A stretch of 64,000 nucleotides of DNA. Source: Octopus sinensis (taxonomy: Eukaryota). A program made the position numbers and the translations under genes. The notes under the pieces were generated by a model that saw nothing but the letters and a program-made list of their open reading frames with translations, was not told where the DNA came from and ran no database searches. The stretch spans positions 63,984,001-64,048,000 of the forward strand of contig NC_043006.1 of the NCBI RefSeq assembly GCF_006345805.1, in the 5' to 3' direction. The first letter of the stretch is position 1, and every line of letters starts with the position of its first letter. This document shows positions 37,861 to 52,199 of the stretch, one piece after another.

Positions 37861-39009
37861 CATCCATACACAAAAGACTCGTCTTAGTGCAACAAAAACA
37901 AGAAAACCTAACTCAAATTTACGACCTAGAAAGACCCAATAAACAAACACAATCACCCCCACAACCTACGTCTCTCGGCTGCTCCACTTCTACAAATAAA
38001 CTGGTAGACGACCTACTACTACTACTACTACAACTACACCACATTGAATGAATAAACACTCTTTGTATGGTGTAATTGTTGGGTATTGCCGTTGTTTAGC
38101 CCCAGGTCGGGCATGAGCTAGAGACCTACCAGCCATGTATACAATGAGTCCTTTCTCTAAAGAAGTCTATACGAATGATTTGATGGAAACGTGGCTGCTA
38201 TTTTTAGTAAGTAGAACGACAGTAGCATAAGAGGCTTTCTCTTTCGTAAAGATGGAGTAGTGTTGGCGGAGTTGCCAGGATTTCATGTTTGCTGTTATTT
38301 AGACTCAGTGCTGATCCATCAGAGATATATATCATGAAAAGCATTCGCTTGTGACCATCCTATTTCGCCCAAACACTACATTATCAAATAAATGCGTCCT
38401 TCCTTTATGTAGGCTGTAGGATATTATTTGACGGAGAATCGACTGCTATTTCTACAACATCAAGAGTGTGGAATTTAATGTTGCTGTTGTTAGCCACAGG
38501 TTAATCCCGAGAGAGCAGATTTAAAATTTCAAGGGTTTTAGCAATAACCGTCTCTCCATATATTTTTCTAGGCATAGAAACCACATCATTTAATGTGTCC
38601 CACATTTTTTTATTACTATTTTAGAACTAAAAGAACATAGTAGCCATTTCTAGCAAGTCGAGGCGGCACTCAGGAAACTCCTATTCTCGGGGGCGGTGGT
38701 GGTGGAGGGAATAGTAAGATTCGGCTCCATATTAGAAACCTTGTATCGTTTAAAATCGGGTCAGACCAACACGCTAACACATCTCCTTGACTAAATCTCA
38801 GACGCGCGCGCGCGAGTGCGTGCGTGCGTGCATTGAAAATTACGACTGAAACGAAAGTACTCAATACATAGTGTAGAAAATACTGTTCACTTAAATTGAA
38901 TTATTTTTCTCGCAATTCAAATTGCAAGAAACTGCTACTGTAACGAGTGTATATCACATACACACATACCATATATATATATAAAACATTTTAAAGGATC
39001 TTAAGGAGA

Positions 39010-39010
39010 T

Positions 39011-39049
<39 letters not shown>

Positions 39050-39295
39050 ATAAGTATATTTGTGTGTATATATATATATATATAAATCTCATGTATATGA
39101 TACATTATATATATATATATATATGTACGTGTATATATATATATGTACGTGTATATATACATATATGTACGTGTATATATACATATATATGTATATATAT
39201 ATATATATGTATGTGTATATATACATACATATATGTATATATATATGTATGTGTATATATATATGTATGTATGTGTGTATATATATATATATACA
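39010..39295. repeat. Compound (TA)/(TG) microsatellite
   Basis: Direct reading. Confidence 0.95.
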
Positions 39296-41629
39296 TCAGA
39301 CACACAATACATATTCATTTCAAGAAAGCACGTATGTGTACAAACACGCAAGCCTTGATCCTTTTTTTAACACATGTATTCATATGTAACTACTATTGCG
39401 TTATTGCTATAAATACAGAGCGACGAAATGCACCGAACCCACCACCGACTCCACCACCATTATCAGCAATAGTGTGAGAGGCAGTCTGTGCGTGAGACGT
39501 CTTCGGTATTTTCTGTTTTGCTTCTTGTTGTTTTGTTTAACCCCTGGCCTATAATCCGCGACTGATATATATACATAGATCATTGGAACTATTCAAACTA
39601 ACGCTGTCACTGTCTTGCCCCACCTGGCCGCGAACATTAGTGTAAAAGAGAACAGAAATTTCGTTACTGTTTCTAGCGACCAAGAATGTTTTAATATCCG
39701 ACTTCTACTTATTCTCTCTCTCTCTCCCTCTCTTTCTCTCTCTCTCTCTCTCATACACACACACAACCAACAGGTTGATTAATGATGATTGCGATACAGA
39801 CTCAAGACCACATATTTGTAAGATGGGGGTGGGCAGTAGAATAGATTTAAATTAATTAAAATGAATGAGACAAGCGAATTGAACAACACAGTCTTCGGTA
39901 GCAATAAGCATTTAGAGCAAAGTCTTTGTTGTAAGAATGGAGGGAGGTATAATTAAAGTGCTTATTTTACAGCCCTAAAAAAAGAAATCGGTACGGTTGG
40001 ACTCAGCGTAAACGAAAGCAACTACAAACTTGCCATCTACCATCATTACTGACATTAATAAATCTTTATAACGCAAGCACAAAGCTACCGATTTTGGAGG
40101 TCGATTAGACATATACTCATTTCGATTTTATTTTAACGATTTAGAAGGAAGAAAACACTCAGGGACTTTCTCAGAGCCTCCGGGACTCTCTTTTACTCTT
40201 TTACTTGTTTCAGTCATTTGACTGCGGCCATGCTGGAGCACCGCCTTTAGTCGAGCAAATCGACCCCAGGACTTATTCTTTGTAAGCCCAGTACTTATTC
40301 TATCGGTCTCTTTTGCCGGGTAGAACATTATCTCGTCAAACGAGGAACCCGGCATCAATTCTTGCAACATATAGGGGACTCATCATAAGACACCAACCAA
40401 GTGGTTATGCCAAAGCGGGCAACAGATTTACTTTACCATCCAAAAGCATAAACGGCCTGCCTGAAGTGTTACCACAGAATTTCCGACTCCCAGCAATGTT
40501 ACGGTAAAATACACTCGCCCTGACGACAGCTGAAAAATGAACGGTTGGGTATGAACCTGGAACGTCAAGGGATATATGGAAATATAGAAAAGTATTTTAT
40601 CAGACGCTCTACCGTTTTCGCCTATCTATTTATCTCTCTCTCTATCTAAATCACACAGATATACACAAACCCATTAACAGCATTTGCCAACATATACAAC
40701 ACACGGATAGTTATATGCACGTATTCACAAACGAGTACAAACTGACATCATATATTACACACACATACTAATTACTACACATTTGCTACTCCACCACACA
40801 TCCCTCCCCAAATAAAAAAGCAATTTTATTTTCAGTATTTGAACTAGCGATACCCACCCGAATACAGAATCACCGCAGTGTTTTTCGTTTACGTGTATCA
40901 ACAATTCAATAAATTATATGAATGTTAGATAATATCAGCAATATAAATAAATGAGGAAACTACTCCGTTATAAGCTTGATATATTTACTCCGTGACTGCT
41001 GTGTATGTGTGTGTACAGACACACGCGCACTAAATGAACAATGCCTGTTTCGTTCATACACACGCATTAACGAAACAATATTGTTTAGATTCAAAGAATG
41101 ATATATATGAAACAGTAAATTCGCAATTTACAAGAGACTTGGCTGACATTTCAAGCAGGTCGAACGGCAAAATTAGCGGCAATCTTGATGGTTCGAAAAT
41201 GTGGCTTTGAAAAGGGACTACAGGAACGGAAACTTGTCAGCTATCCAGGGTTTTATAAAAAAAAAAATAATAATAATAATAAATAAATAAAAAATGAAAT
41301 TCAAATAAAAAATGTTCTAAAGCCTTGTTAGCAATGTATACACCTAGTTAAATAACAACTATGACAGCAAAAACAATTTTCATAATAAATGACATCGTAG
41401 GGTCGGTCGTAACCGAGAATCGAAGCCATAAGCGGAAAATGTTTATAGTTTTCTTGGTCATAGCTTTCTTCAATAGCAACAGCGATGTTTAGTGAAGTTA
41501 AAAAGACTATATATAGCGGAGATTTGAAACTAGTTCTTGAACATATGATGGGTACCTCTCTCTTTCTCTCTCAATTATTTTAGCACCGACTGCTGAGGGA
41601 AAGATAAAGAGGAAGAGAAAGGAAATTAT

Positions 41630-41677
<48 letters not shown>

Positions 41678-41819
41678 CTCTCTCTCACATACATATAAAC
41701 CTCTCCTCCCTATTATCAATTCGTTTTGCAAGAATCCGGTGTAAAACCGTGTGTTGAAACAGGTATTGATGTATTTCGGGACGGTCATTTTTTTTTTTTG
41801 CCAAATAAACACATGCACT

Positions 41820-41855
<36 letters not shown>

Positions 41856-41869
41856 CTATATATATATAT

Positions 41870-41918
<49 letters not shown>

Positions 41919-41950
41919 TATATTTATATACTCATATATATATATATATA
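41630..41950. repeat. (CT)n, (CA)n and (TA)n microsatellites
   Basis: Direct reading. Confidence 0.95.
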
Positions 41951-42022
41951 TTTTTTTTTTTTTTCTTCACTCGTTTATTACTGTTCTTATTTTCTTATTT
42001 TATCATTTTAACTCATGTCCAT

Positions 42023-42067
42023 TGTCCGGAAATCTTTCGTCACACATCTGTGACTCTTCAGCGACAC
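42023..42067 (-). ncRNA. Minimal type-I hammerhead ribozyme motif
   Basis: Minus strand GTGTCG-CTGAAGA-GTCACA-GATG-TGTGAC-GAAA-GAT-TTC-CGGACA: intact CUGANGA and GAAA cores, 6-bp stem II, NUH = UUC, stem I TGTCG/CGGACA with one bulge. Confidence 0.7.
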
Positions 42068-42181
42068 TTCGTTTTCGTGTGTGTTCCTTGCTCTACTTAT
42101 TCCATTCTGTTCTAAGGCAAAACATAAGTTACCGATTTAGGTATACTGGTAATGTATACACACACACACACACACACACAC

Positions 42182-42259
<78 letters not shown>

Positions 42260-42741
42260 TGTTTGTGTGTGTAAAATTGCTTTAGGCTTAAAGTTTCACC
42301 TGCTTGCCACCAGGATGTTATAACAACTATTCACTTTATAATTATGTGTCACAGGTCGAAGATGAGCGAATCTAGCTTAGATCTAGAACACTTATGGGTG
42401 AGCAGGGGTTACGATGTTCATTCTTGTCTGCAACCTTAAAAGATAAAGGATAAAAATGCACGAACGCAAGTTACTGATGTAGAAAAAAACTTGGTAGCGG
42501 TATTCGAAACCGGTTCACCCTTTCTGCAGAAACGATATGATATGCTTGTACTGAATCGCCGTTTCCATAATATAATGGAAATAGTCACAATCAACCTCAG
42601 AATGATTTCAAGACAGTATAATAGCGAAGCACCCGACTAGATTCTCAAAAAATACGAACGAAAATGTGTGCGCGCATTTACACACACACACACACGTAAT
42701 AAGCGTACGAATCCTTTAGGGCCGAATCAAACTGTTTTTTA

Positions 42742-42793
<52 letters not shown>
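42742..42793. repeat. (AAT)n microsatellite
   Basis: Direct reading; another at 26490-26520. Confidence 0.95.
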
Positions 42794-42797
<4 letters not shown>

Positions 42798-43831
42798 TTA
42801 ATTCTTTTTATTGGCCACAAGGGCTGACACACAATAATAATATGTATGCATGTATGTATACGACGCGGGAAATTAGCTTGACTGAAGGAGAGAGACTTAA
42901 TGGAAAAACAAAATTTCCGGCTTCTACTAGTGAACACATTATTCAAAATCGTTATTTTAGTAAAACTATAATTATTTCGCGACAGGGCAGACTGACTACT
43001 GCCATTTTTAGAATGCTTTAGCAACAATCATGACCAGTAGATTGTGGTGTCTTTTCTCACTTCTTAATTCTTAATTCTTATCGTGTGGTCACCTACATAT
43101 TTTGGAGTATCTTTTAAGACGCATGGTTAAATAGAGCAATTATGCCAGCAACACTATTATAATTGCTATGGCTGTACCTTTCGAATGAGAGAGAGAGAAG
43201 GAGAGAGTTAACGCGTAGATAGACATAGTGTGTGTGTGTGTGTGGGGGGGACTATGTGAAAGTACAGTAGATGGAGATTAGTGCCGTGTGTGGTGTAAGA
43301 TAAAACAAAAACAACATAATCGACGTTTCTATGGCAATTGTAAATCACAAATGGCAGGAGGCAGAGAAAAGAGGAGGAGGAGGACACAAGGAAGGCTGGC
43401 TTCTTATAGTTGCTTGAACTCAAGTCTGTATCAACTCATATACTGTGGTGGTGGTGGTGGTGTGTGTGTGTGTGTAAAACAACAATCACCACAACTACAA
43501 CATTAACAAAAGGTATCACCACCACCCTCGCCAACGTGTGAATACCAACACTAAATAACCACCACCACCACCACCACCACACGAATACTAGCACCACCCT
43601 TCCATCTTCACCATGAAACACATTGAACGAGGCGGTTCTAAAAAGATGTGGATAACCACAGCTGGAGCTAAATAACAACTAATACCACCGCCAGCCAAAC
43701 CACAACCATTATCATCAGCTGACCATCTCCACCGCCACTATCACCAGCACATACGCAAAGAAGAAGCCAGTGTGTGAGTGTTCTTTTTGCTAGAAATAAC
43801 AGTCAATCCTTCTACACATATATACATGCGC

Positions 43832-43869
<38 letters not shown>

Positions 43870-45052
43870 TGCGCGCGAGAGATAGAAATGCAAATAAAAG
43901 TAAGACGATGTGGAAAACGGATAAAACGGCAATAATGAAAAAAAACGAAAAACCTCTCGTCGGTTATAGGATCGAGAACCATGACGGTTTTGGCGCATCA
44001 ACCCCCCCCCCCCACACACACACATACACTATGTGAAAATGAAAGTCACATGAACGCAGTAGGTACATCTCGTGTCATCTTCATCGAAGTATATATAACA
44101 CACGCAAGGACTCGACGAATAATTATTGGTAATTATAAAACAATTTGTTTCTAGTGAATAAATAATAGGAATACAAATTTCAATAAACCACAATAGAGAA
44201 AAAAATACTTAGTACCACTTCGCAGGCACTGCAGGAAAGGAACTCTAAAAGCGATGCGTCCACTATTTATAAGTTTTGTTCTTTAACTGCATCTCCACCC
44301 TCACCATGATTGAAGATCAAAGCATTTCAGTCCTCTTTTTTTCTACGTGCACAGAACTCAGGACCATATTATACAGCATGTTCTTTTTTAAGGCAGTCGG
44401 ATGAAATTTTATGGAGAGTTGGTTGATATTTCTAGCAGAGCAAGCGCTCAGACAGAGGATAACGTGAAATTTGTAGGAGAGAAAACGAAAGGAAACTATC
44501 AACCGAAGAAACGAAATGGTAGAATATAAAAATATAAAAACAAATAACCATGCAGACAATTGGGCGCTAACGGATACTCTCGTGGGAATAAATATAATTT
44601 AATAATACTTTAAAGTGCTCTATTCAGTCAATGCCATATATCTATATAGTCCTCTTTTCCTATAGATCTCTATTTAAACAGTGTACTATTTATACATAGT
44701 GCTCTATTTACAATCCCTTGTAAGTTATTCTGTCGAGAGAATTTCTAAGTACACAGTTCACTTCCTGATGGTTCTTCGCTCGCCACAATTTAAAGAAGAA
44801 AAAATAGCAAAAAGCAAAAAAACAAAAACAAAAACGGAATAAATACTGCATATACGAACTAATCATAAGTGGTTAGAAGTAGCGTAAATCTCGCGCGAGA
44901 AGATGAAACAAAGCATTTGTTTTCCATAATCATTCGTTTTATATATATTATATATAAAATTATAACAATAAGGGTTTAGCAACAAGTTGCCTGACCACAT
45001 ACCGAAAATTTTAGAAATAGCAGCCAATAAAAACTATCTTTCACCCTTATAT

Positions 45053-45430
45053 ATCTTTTACTTGTTTCAGTCATTTTACTGCGGCCATGCTAGGACATTA
45101 CTGAAGGATAATGGTCGAAAAAATTGACCCCCAGGACATTTTTTTTAAAGCCTAGACTTATTCTATCGTTCTCTTTTGCCGAACCGTTACGTTACAGGGA
45201 TGTAAACACACCAGCACCGGTTGTCAAGCGGTGGCAGGGAACAAACCAGTTATATACATGTATATACACGACGGGCTTCTTTCAGTTTCCGTCTATAAAA
45301 TCCACTCAAGGCTTTGGTTAGCCCAAAGCTATAGTAAAAGACACTTGCCGAATGTGCCACGCAGTGGGATTGAACCCACGACCAAGTGATTGGGAGGCAA
45401 ACTTCTTACCACAGAACCACAGCTGCACCT
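45053..45430 (-). mobile_element. SINE family A, full length
   Basis: All diagnostic blocks present. Confidence 0.9.
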
Positions 45431-47139
45431 ATTTTTTTCTGTGTGTGTGTGAGAGAGAGAGAGAGAAAGAGAGAGAGAGTACACACACACATTAGAGAGA
45501 AAGAGAGAGCGCAATACGAATAAAAATACCGGGTCATCAAAGGTTTAAGTTGCTTTGTACTCATTCAAGCCCTGTATCTCCACACATTGAGATAGGATAT
45601 ACGGACCGAGCGAGCGCGGAATATGAGGCCTTGGGCATGCTGGCATTTTACTCGTATTGCTTTACAAATTACGAACGATTACGTGTTTGTATCGAATGCA
45701 GTGTGTTTTTCTTAAATACTATTTATCAAAAATCATACACACAGACACACAAACACACCATCACCACCATCATCATCATTACCTAGTCACCAGTCTACAA
45801 CTGTCTATTCAAGCAAACCGTAGTAGCGTGTAATCTTCTGGTCGAATACTATACACCATGGAGACTAAACAGTAATCTCATCTTAAGCTGAGCAGCAGGC
45901 CTAGGATGTGTGTGTGTGTGTGTGTGTGTGTAGGCGACGGGGGAAAGAGAGAGAGAGAGAGAGAGGAAGAAAATTTGAAACTTATGTATGTGCCAAGCTT
46001 GTATGTTTGTGTGTAATTCGAGATCGGTGTGTATTGTGTTACACCCCAGGTCAGACATGAGTAGACTTCATGATCAAAAGCATTCCAACCATGGCCGGCC
46101 CATCATTCCCTCGAATTTTCAGTATATAGGTCTATGTTATTCAGTTTGTCCTGTCCCTTTACAAGGACGGTAGGGCGTAATGAGAGGCACATTCGGCAGT
46201 TAATTCTGGCAGAGCGAGTAACCAATTACTCTCCCTAGCATATGTGAAGAAGAAAGTACATTTCCTTCGTTTGACCTACATGCACACACACACACACACA
46301 CACATACGATCTTCCAAACTAAATCCAAATCACATACACATACGTATGTTTGTGTGCGTACATTTATTACAATCTGAATTTATACACACGAGTGAGCGCA
46401 GATGAGACAAACACATATACGATGAAATAAAGCCGAACTAATTCGTCACAAACTACAACAACTACTGCCGCTGATTCTACTACTACTACTACTGCTGCTG
46501 CTGCTACTACTACTACTACTACCACCACCAACAACAACACCACCACCACCAATGCTACTGCTGTTTCTGCTGACGGTTACTACGGAATCTGATAGTAAAT
46601 GTTAACTCCGCACACAACAACAATCGGAACCTAGAAAGAACCTCTTCTACGTGATCGCTCGATCGACATGCTAGATATAACAGCAAATTCTCCCTCAACT
46701 CCCACTACCATCTGGAAACAAGAAAGGAGATAATAGTACAATGTAACCCTAGACTGTCTTTGATCATAAAGGTTTAGCTCAATGAGGTTTGGCTTCGGAC
46801 TAAGCACATCACAGCCCCAACAACAAACAACACATAACTCGATCGATAACATTACCACCACATTAATTACTAGCAAAACCATAACCACTAACACTACTAC
46901 CGCTGCTATAACAGCAACTTATAGGACAATGTGGGGGTTTAAATATACAAAAGACGGAATTGCTACGACCGGGACGCGTTTCGGTCGGGATGACACATTT
47001 GGCACAGCTGGTTAGACACTGACAATTTTCCACGACTGACTGGACATTCAATCTGTTTTGGTGACAGTAACGTTTTGGCACACACATGCGCGCGCGCGTG
47101 CAAACATACACATGCACACACAGTAATATATACATACAG

Positions 47140-47375
47140 AAGGGCAGCGAGCTGACAGAATCTTTAGCACGCCGGGCGAAATGCTTAGCGGTATTTCCTC
47201 TGCCGCTACGTTCTGAGTTCAAATTCCGCCGAGGTCGACTTTGCCTTTCATCCTTTCGGGGTCGATTAAATAAGTACCAGTTACGCACTGGGATCGATGT
47301 AATCGACTTAATCCCTTTGTCTGACCTTATTTGTCCCTTCTGTGTTTAGCCACCCACCCGTGGGCAATAAAGAAA
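47140..47375 (+). mobile_element. SINE family B, full length
   Basis: High similarity to 10381-10598. Confidence 0.9.
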
Positions 47376-47439
47376 TAACTATATACAAACAAATAGAAAG
47401 TGAGAGGGAAACATTACACATACATACAAACGTAACTAG

Positions 47440-47705
47440 CATTCCATGGGTTACGACGATAAGAGTTCTACTTGAGCCGACCAAACGATACAGCTTGCTC
47501 GTGGAATTAACGTGAAAGTGGCTGAACATTCCACAGACACGCGTACACTTAACATAGTTCTCGGGGAGATTCAGCGTGACACAGAATGTGATAAGGCTGG
47601 CCCTTTCAAATACAGGTACAATTCATTTTTGCCAGCTGGGTTGACTACAGCAACGTGAAATAAAGTGTCTTGCTCAAGCAAGGACACATCGTGCTGCTAG
47701 GAACC
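47440..47705 (-). mobile_element. SINE related to family C with a Nin-domain-like central region
   Basis: Minus strand CTTGAGCAAGACACTTTATTTCACGTTGC...GTGTCTGTGGAATGTTCAGCCACTTTCACGTTAATTCCACGAGC. Confidence 0.65.
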
Positions 47706-47904
47706 AAAATATGGCTCTGCGAGGAAGAATGAGTTAAGCTAATGCTAATTTCATGATTGTAATATCACTATACATGTACAACATATTATTGGTTATTGTA
47801 ATATAGACATTATCCTATCTAACCTATAAAAAAAACCCATATATATATTTATTTATTTACCACGTGAACTACGATGAAAAAATATGAGATAGATATGGTA
47901 TATA

Positions 47905-47983
47905 TTTTTTTTGTGCAGGGGTTCCTTGAGACATGTAATTTATTTTAGGGGTTAAGCAAGGGTAAAAAGGTTGAGAAACACTG
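47905..47983. mobile_element. hAT (Charlie-like) MITE end; related ends near 8490-8507 and 62140-62210
   Basis: GGTTGAGAAACACTG is the reverse complement of a CAGTGTTTCTCAACC terminal repeat. Confidence 0.5.
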
Positions 47984-50151
47984 GTCGACGGTGTTCAAAT
48001 ATATATCACTGGCCAGTGTGCGCTATTTCTCTAAGATCTTAGTTGAAAGGAGAGGAAGGATGTGAAAAAGGGGAAACTGAGAGTATTTAATGACTATTAA
48101 ACACAGAATTATTTCAGGAAACTGGCTATCAAACAACCAGAGTTAAAAAAATGTGTAGGGAGAGGGAGATGGGCTGGAGGGAAAGAAGAGGCGAGGGGAG
48201 AGAAAAATTGTGTGCCTGTAGATGTGTATACGGTGGATTATGAAAGGAAGAGTAGAAATTACAGAGAAGGACAAAGAGGAGGGAGTCAGACACTTGAAAA
48301 TATTTTGCTCGTGAAGGTGGGTCTCTTGATGACCACTTCAACCATCACACACACACACACTCTTTCCATCATCATCATTACCACCACCACCACCACCACC
48401 ATTATTAAACGCAAACATTCTTTCGAACACCAACATCAACATTCACGTGTACACGTTCCACCACATCACATTCACGCTGGAAAACACATTACATCGGCGT
48501 CTTCCCCACTCTGTCACTACACACACACACACACGCACGCATATACACACTTAACGATGAAACTATTAAATGGCGGTAAAGATTATAGGATTCATGTGAT
48601 ATATTTGTTTTCCCTTCTCAGAAGCAAAAGGACCTTCACCTCAAATTTTAGGGACCGACTTTCAATGTAAGCAGTATATGCTTACACTTGTGTATAATAA
48701 GATCTGTACGTATGTTAAAGCACGATAATAATTGTTTGAAAGAGAAAGAAAGGAAAAGAGCGAGAGAAAGAGAAAATGAATTTGATATGGAAGGAGAGAG
48801 TAATGGAAATGAAAAAGAAACAAGTAAAAGACTTAATAACAATAAACGAGAAGAGATCATTGCTGAACGATCTCGCCTGAAACCTGAGCCAGTTGAAAAC
48901 TAATAATTCGTATTACAGTGTGATTGATATTCATAATGATAGCATACAACATTTCTCTTCTGCTACACTGCAAATCGAAAGATAGCGTGATTCAACGATG
49001 GAACGTCTGTCTATGCGATTGCTACATCTGCTTGGATATTATTTAAAAAAAAAAGAAAAAAAAAGGCGATTGGACATTGTAGTCCTGTATAGAGTATACC
49101 CAAATAAAAAGCTGAAATGGTCATGACAGGAACGCCTTTGTGTATAAGTCTATTTGATCAAGACTTATCTCTCGTGTACCGTTCTAGTGTAGCCATAATA
49201 AGTACTTTGTAATATGCTACATTACACTTAAACACGGCATTCTTACACTACTTTGTTCATCTACTATTACATTTCACCTTTTCAGCGTCGATAAAATAAG
49301 TACCAGTTGAGTACTAGGGTCGATGCAATCAACTAGCGCCCCCACACCCGCCAGCAAATTTCGGGCCTTGTGTCAATAGTAGAAAGAATTATTTATATGC
49401 CACACTACAGCATAATTTTAAGCAAAATTACACACCATCACATTTACACTAAATGCACATTAAACTATGTTGCACCAGACTACACATACACTGGGAAAAG
49501 CGTGGTCCAACCGGTTAGGCAATTAGACCTCGATCGTAAGGTTTGTGTGTTCGATTCCGATCGGGAAAGAACGTCGTGTACTTGGGCAGGTACTTCACGC
49601 TGGTTCAGTTCGCTCAGCTGACAGAAATGAAAGCGCCCGGTCGATGTCGCGACTACCAGTGGACTATGTTTTCTTGTATTTTTTTAATACACTAAAATGC
49701 ACTATTTACATTACGTTACTCTTGTACTAAACACTACATTGCACTTCAATTAGCGTAATACGAATACACTGTATTACATTTCATAGTCTACTACAAAATA
49801 CTTTTATATTTCACTAATGCTACAGCATTAGTGTAATACACTACATATAAATTACAGTTCACATTTACACGTTTACTATACGCGATCGTTTGATCTGTAT
49901 GTGTGCGTCTGTGCACGCGAGCATATACACAGGTACACACACACACAAACAGACTGAGCTATAACAGCAAACTAGCTGATACGAACCAACCACGAAGCCA
50001 TTGATGTGGTCACGCCACATGCTGGAGAAGTCAAATTTACCAAAAGTTTTTTTTTTTTTAAAGACACCTTGGATAATGTGATCCAAGGTACACTATGTCC
50101 GGAATAGAATAGAAAGCGAGATAATCACACTCTTCCTTCTCTAAATATCAT

Positions 50152-50155
<4 letters not shown>

Positions 50156-50198
<43 letters not shown>

Positions 50199-50358
50199 GG
50201 GGGAAGATCGAGAGAGGAGAGAGAGAGAGAGTCAGAGAGAGAGAGGAGAAGGAGAGAGAGAGAGAGGGGAGAGAGAGAGAAGAAGAGAGAGAGAGAGTGA
50301 GAGAGAGAGTCAGAGAGGAGAGGAGAGAGAGAGGAGGAGAGGAGAGAGAGAGAGAGAG
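50156..50358. repeat. Polypurine (GA)n/GGAGA tract
   Basis: Direct reading. Confidence 0.95.
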
Positions 50359-50710
50359 TCAGTTTCGCAGTGGAACGTCTTGAAAATATTCCCTCCTGCA
50401 ACAAAGTTTTCTGCAAAAGTGACATCGGTGTTTGAAGAATTGAAGATTGTTTGGCTTATTGGTGCTGGTCAGGCTTCAGTTAACATCGTCGTTCAACCAA
50501 GAGACCATAGCTTGTTGTTGCTAGATAGATAGAAAATGACGCTTAGATCACAAGAGAATAAGGTTAAGTATCTATGCAGACAATGGTTACAAACTTCGTT
50601 CTCTGCATCAAAACGCAGCACAGAATCTAAACAAAAACAATTCTAATACATCGAATTATATTTATGTGTCCAAACGATTTATTACGCAGCAAGCCTCCAT
50701 TATATATCGT

Positions 50711-51010
50711 TATTACCTCTACCTTAGCGAAGGCGGAGATATTGTTTGTTTGTTTGGCTGTGGACAAGATATCTCAAGGACCGCTGGATGGATTCGGATG
50801 AAACTTTCAGGGATGTTTGACCTCGTAACTGATTACATTTTGGGACCGATCCGACACCAGACAAGGATTCTGGATTATTTTTCCCCGTTTTTTTTTTATG
50901 CTTAATTTTTGAGAGCGGTCGGGTTCATTTTTAGTATTTTCGTTTATTTCAGATATTCTCATCTTAAAATTCATCTCTGGCTAATCGTTGAGAGGACGTT
51001 GGTGTCGCCT
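50711..51010 (+). mobile_element. Second, 3'-truncated copy of the Helentron-like element
   Basis: Shares CTGTGGACAAGATATCTCAAG...GATTCGGATGAAACTTTCA...GCTAATCGTTGAGAGGACGTTGGTG with 29487-29832. Confidence 0.65.
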
Positions 51011-51459
51011 TTTTCTTTTTATCTTTTACTTGTTTCAGCCATTGGACTGTAGCTACCTTGAAGGGATTTTGTCAAATAAATAGCTCCCAGCACTTGTTTT
51101 CTTTTTAAAGTCTACTGCTTATTCTATTGTCTCTTTAAACCGAACCGCTAGTTTATGGAGCCTTGAACAAACCCACACCAGCTGTTAAGCGGGGTGGTGG
51201 ACAAACACATAAACGCACACGCATATATGACTGGCTCCCACGCACATTTTCTGTCTATTAAGTCCACCCACATGATACTGGTCGGCCCGGGGTTATAGTA
51301 GAAGGTGCTGCACAATGGGACTAAACCCGAAACCACAAGGTTGCAAATCGAGCTTCTTTATTTACGATAGTATATTGAGATTATAGAAATTTCGTTGCTA
51401 TCTCTAGCGGGTTGAGCGACCACGTAGGTTCATGAATGCCACTGTTTCGTCAAGGTACT

Positions 51460-51783
51460 GGCACTGTCCACGAGAAGGTTCAGTCCTAGAAGTGTGGTGG
51501 CTTGTATGTTTCAATGATCCCGAGAGCCATGCAAACCGAGCGTAAACTCCTGGCTGGGCCTCTCATGCTGGACAGGTCAAATGATAGACGCAACACTAAT
51601 ATGGATCACGTTTTCCTAGAGGTGAAAATGGGTTTGCGTAGGGCCAACACCTCTACATGGAAACAAGCGACGTTAGAAGCATTGATGACAATTCAAAACC
51701 AAAAGACAGCTCAGAGTGAAACCTGTTGAGAAATGTCGCCGATAGCCCCTGCTCCTTAGGGAGCGATGAGCTTAAGTAAATAA
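51460..51783 (+). mobile_element. Internally deleted RTE derivative (5'UTR joined to 3' tail)
   Basis: GGCTTGTATGTTTCAATGATCCCGAGAGCCATGC...CTCTCATGCTGGACAGGTC resembles RTE/Expander 5'UTRs; ends GCCCCTGCTCCTTAGGGAGCGATGAGCTTAAGTAA like RTE 3' ends. Confidence 0.5.
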
Positions 51784-52142
51784 CCGGTACTATATTCTAC
51801 TGACCCCAGAACGATGTAAGTTTAAATGGACATAGTTAAGATTCGAACTCAGAATGTAAAGAAATATTACTAATTTGGTCCGACGCTCTACCGACTCTGC
51901 CGTCGATCATTCTAGTGTCAATGATATCCTGTATTGTTCCAGCCGGCCCACATGCCTTAGTTTGTTAAGTAACAAGAGGACTGATAAGACATGAGACATA
52001 TGAAGAGTGACACTATGTTGTATTTTTTCAGAGATTGATTGGAGTGAAATGATTGGACACTGTGATCTGGCATGGCTCACTGGAGACTGAGTATGTTTTG
52101 GCAACAGTACTTTTTGTACTAAAAGCAAACATACGTAGAAAT

Positions 52143-52184
<42 letters not shown>

Positions 52185-52199
52185 GAGATTTTACACATA

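Noticed and set aside
37538-42285. Long ORFs rich in Y/I/H/T/C/V
   Set aside because: Translations of (TA)/(TG)/(CA) microsatellites.
46965-46990. CGAAACGCGTC on the minus strand, resembling a hammerhead 3' half
   Set aside because: No CUGANGA upstream; it falls within a decayed family D repeat.
48688-48903. Charged 71-aa ORF
   Set aside because: Purine-rich low complexity, with no splice or homology support.
50141-50532. RE-rich and SL-rich ORFs
   Set aside because: (GA)n tract; the unique tail shows no recognisable homology.
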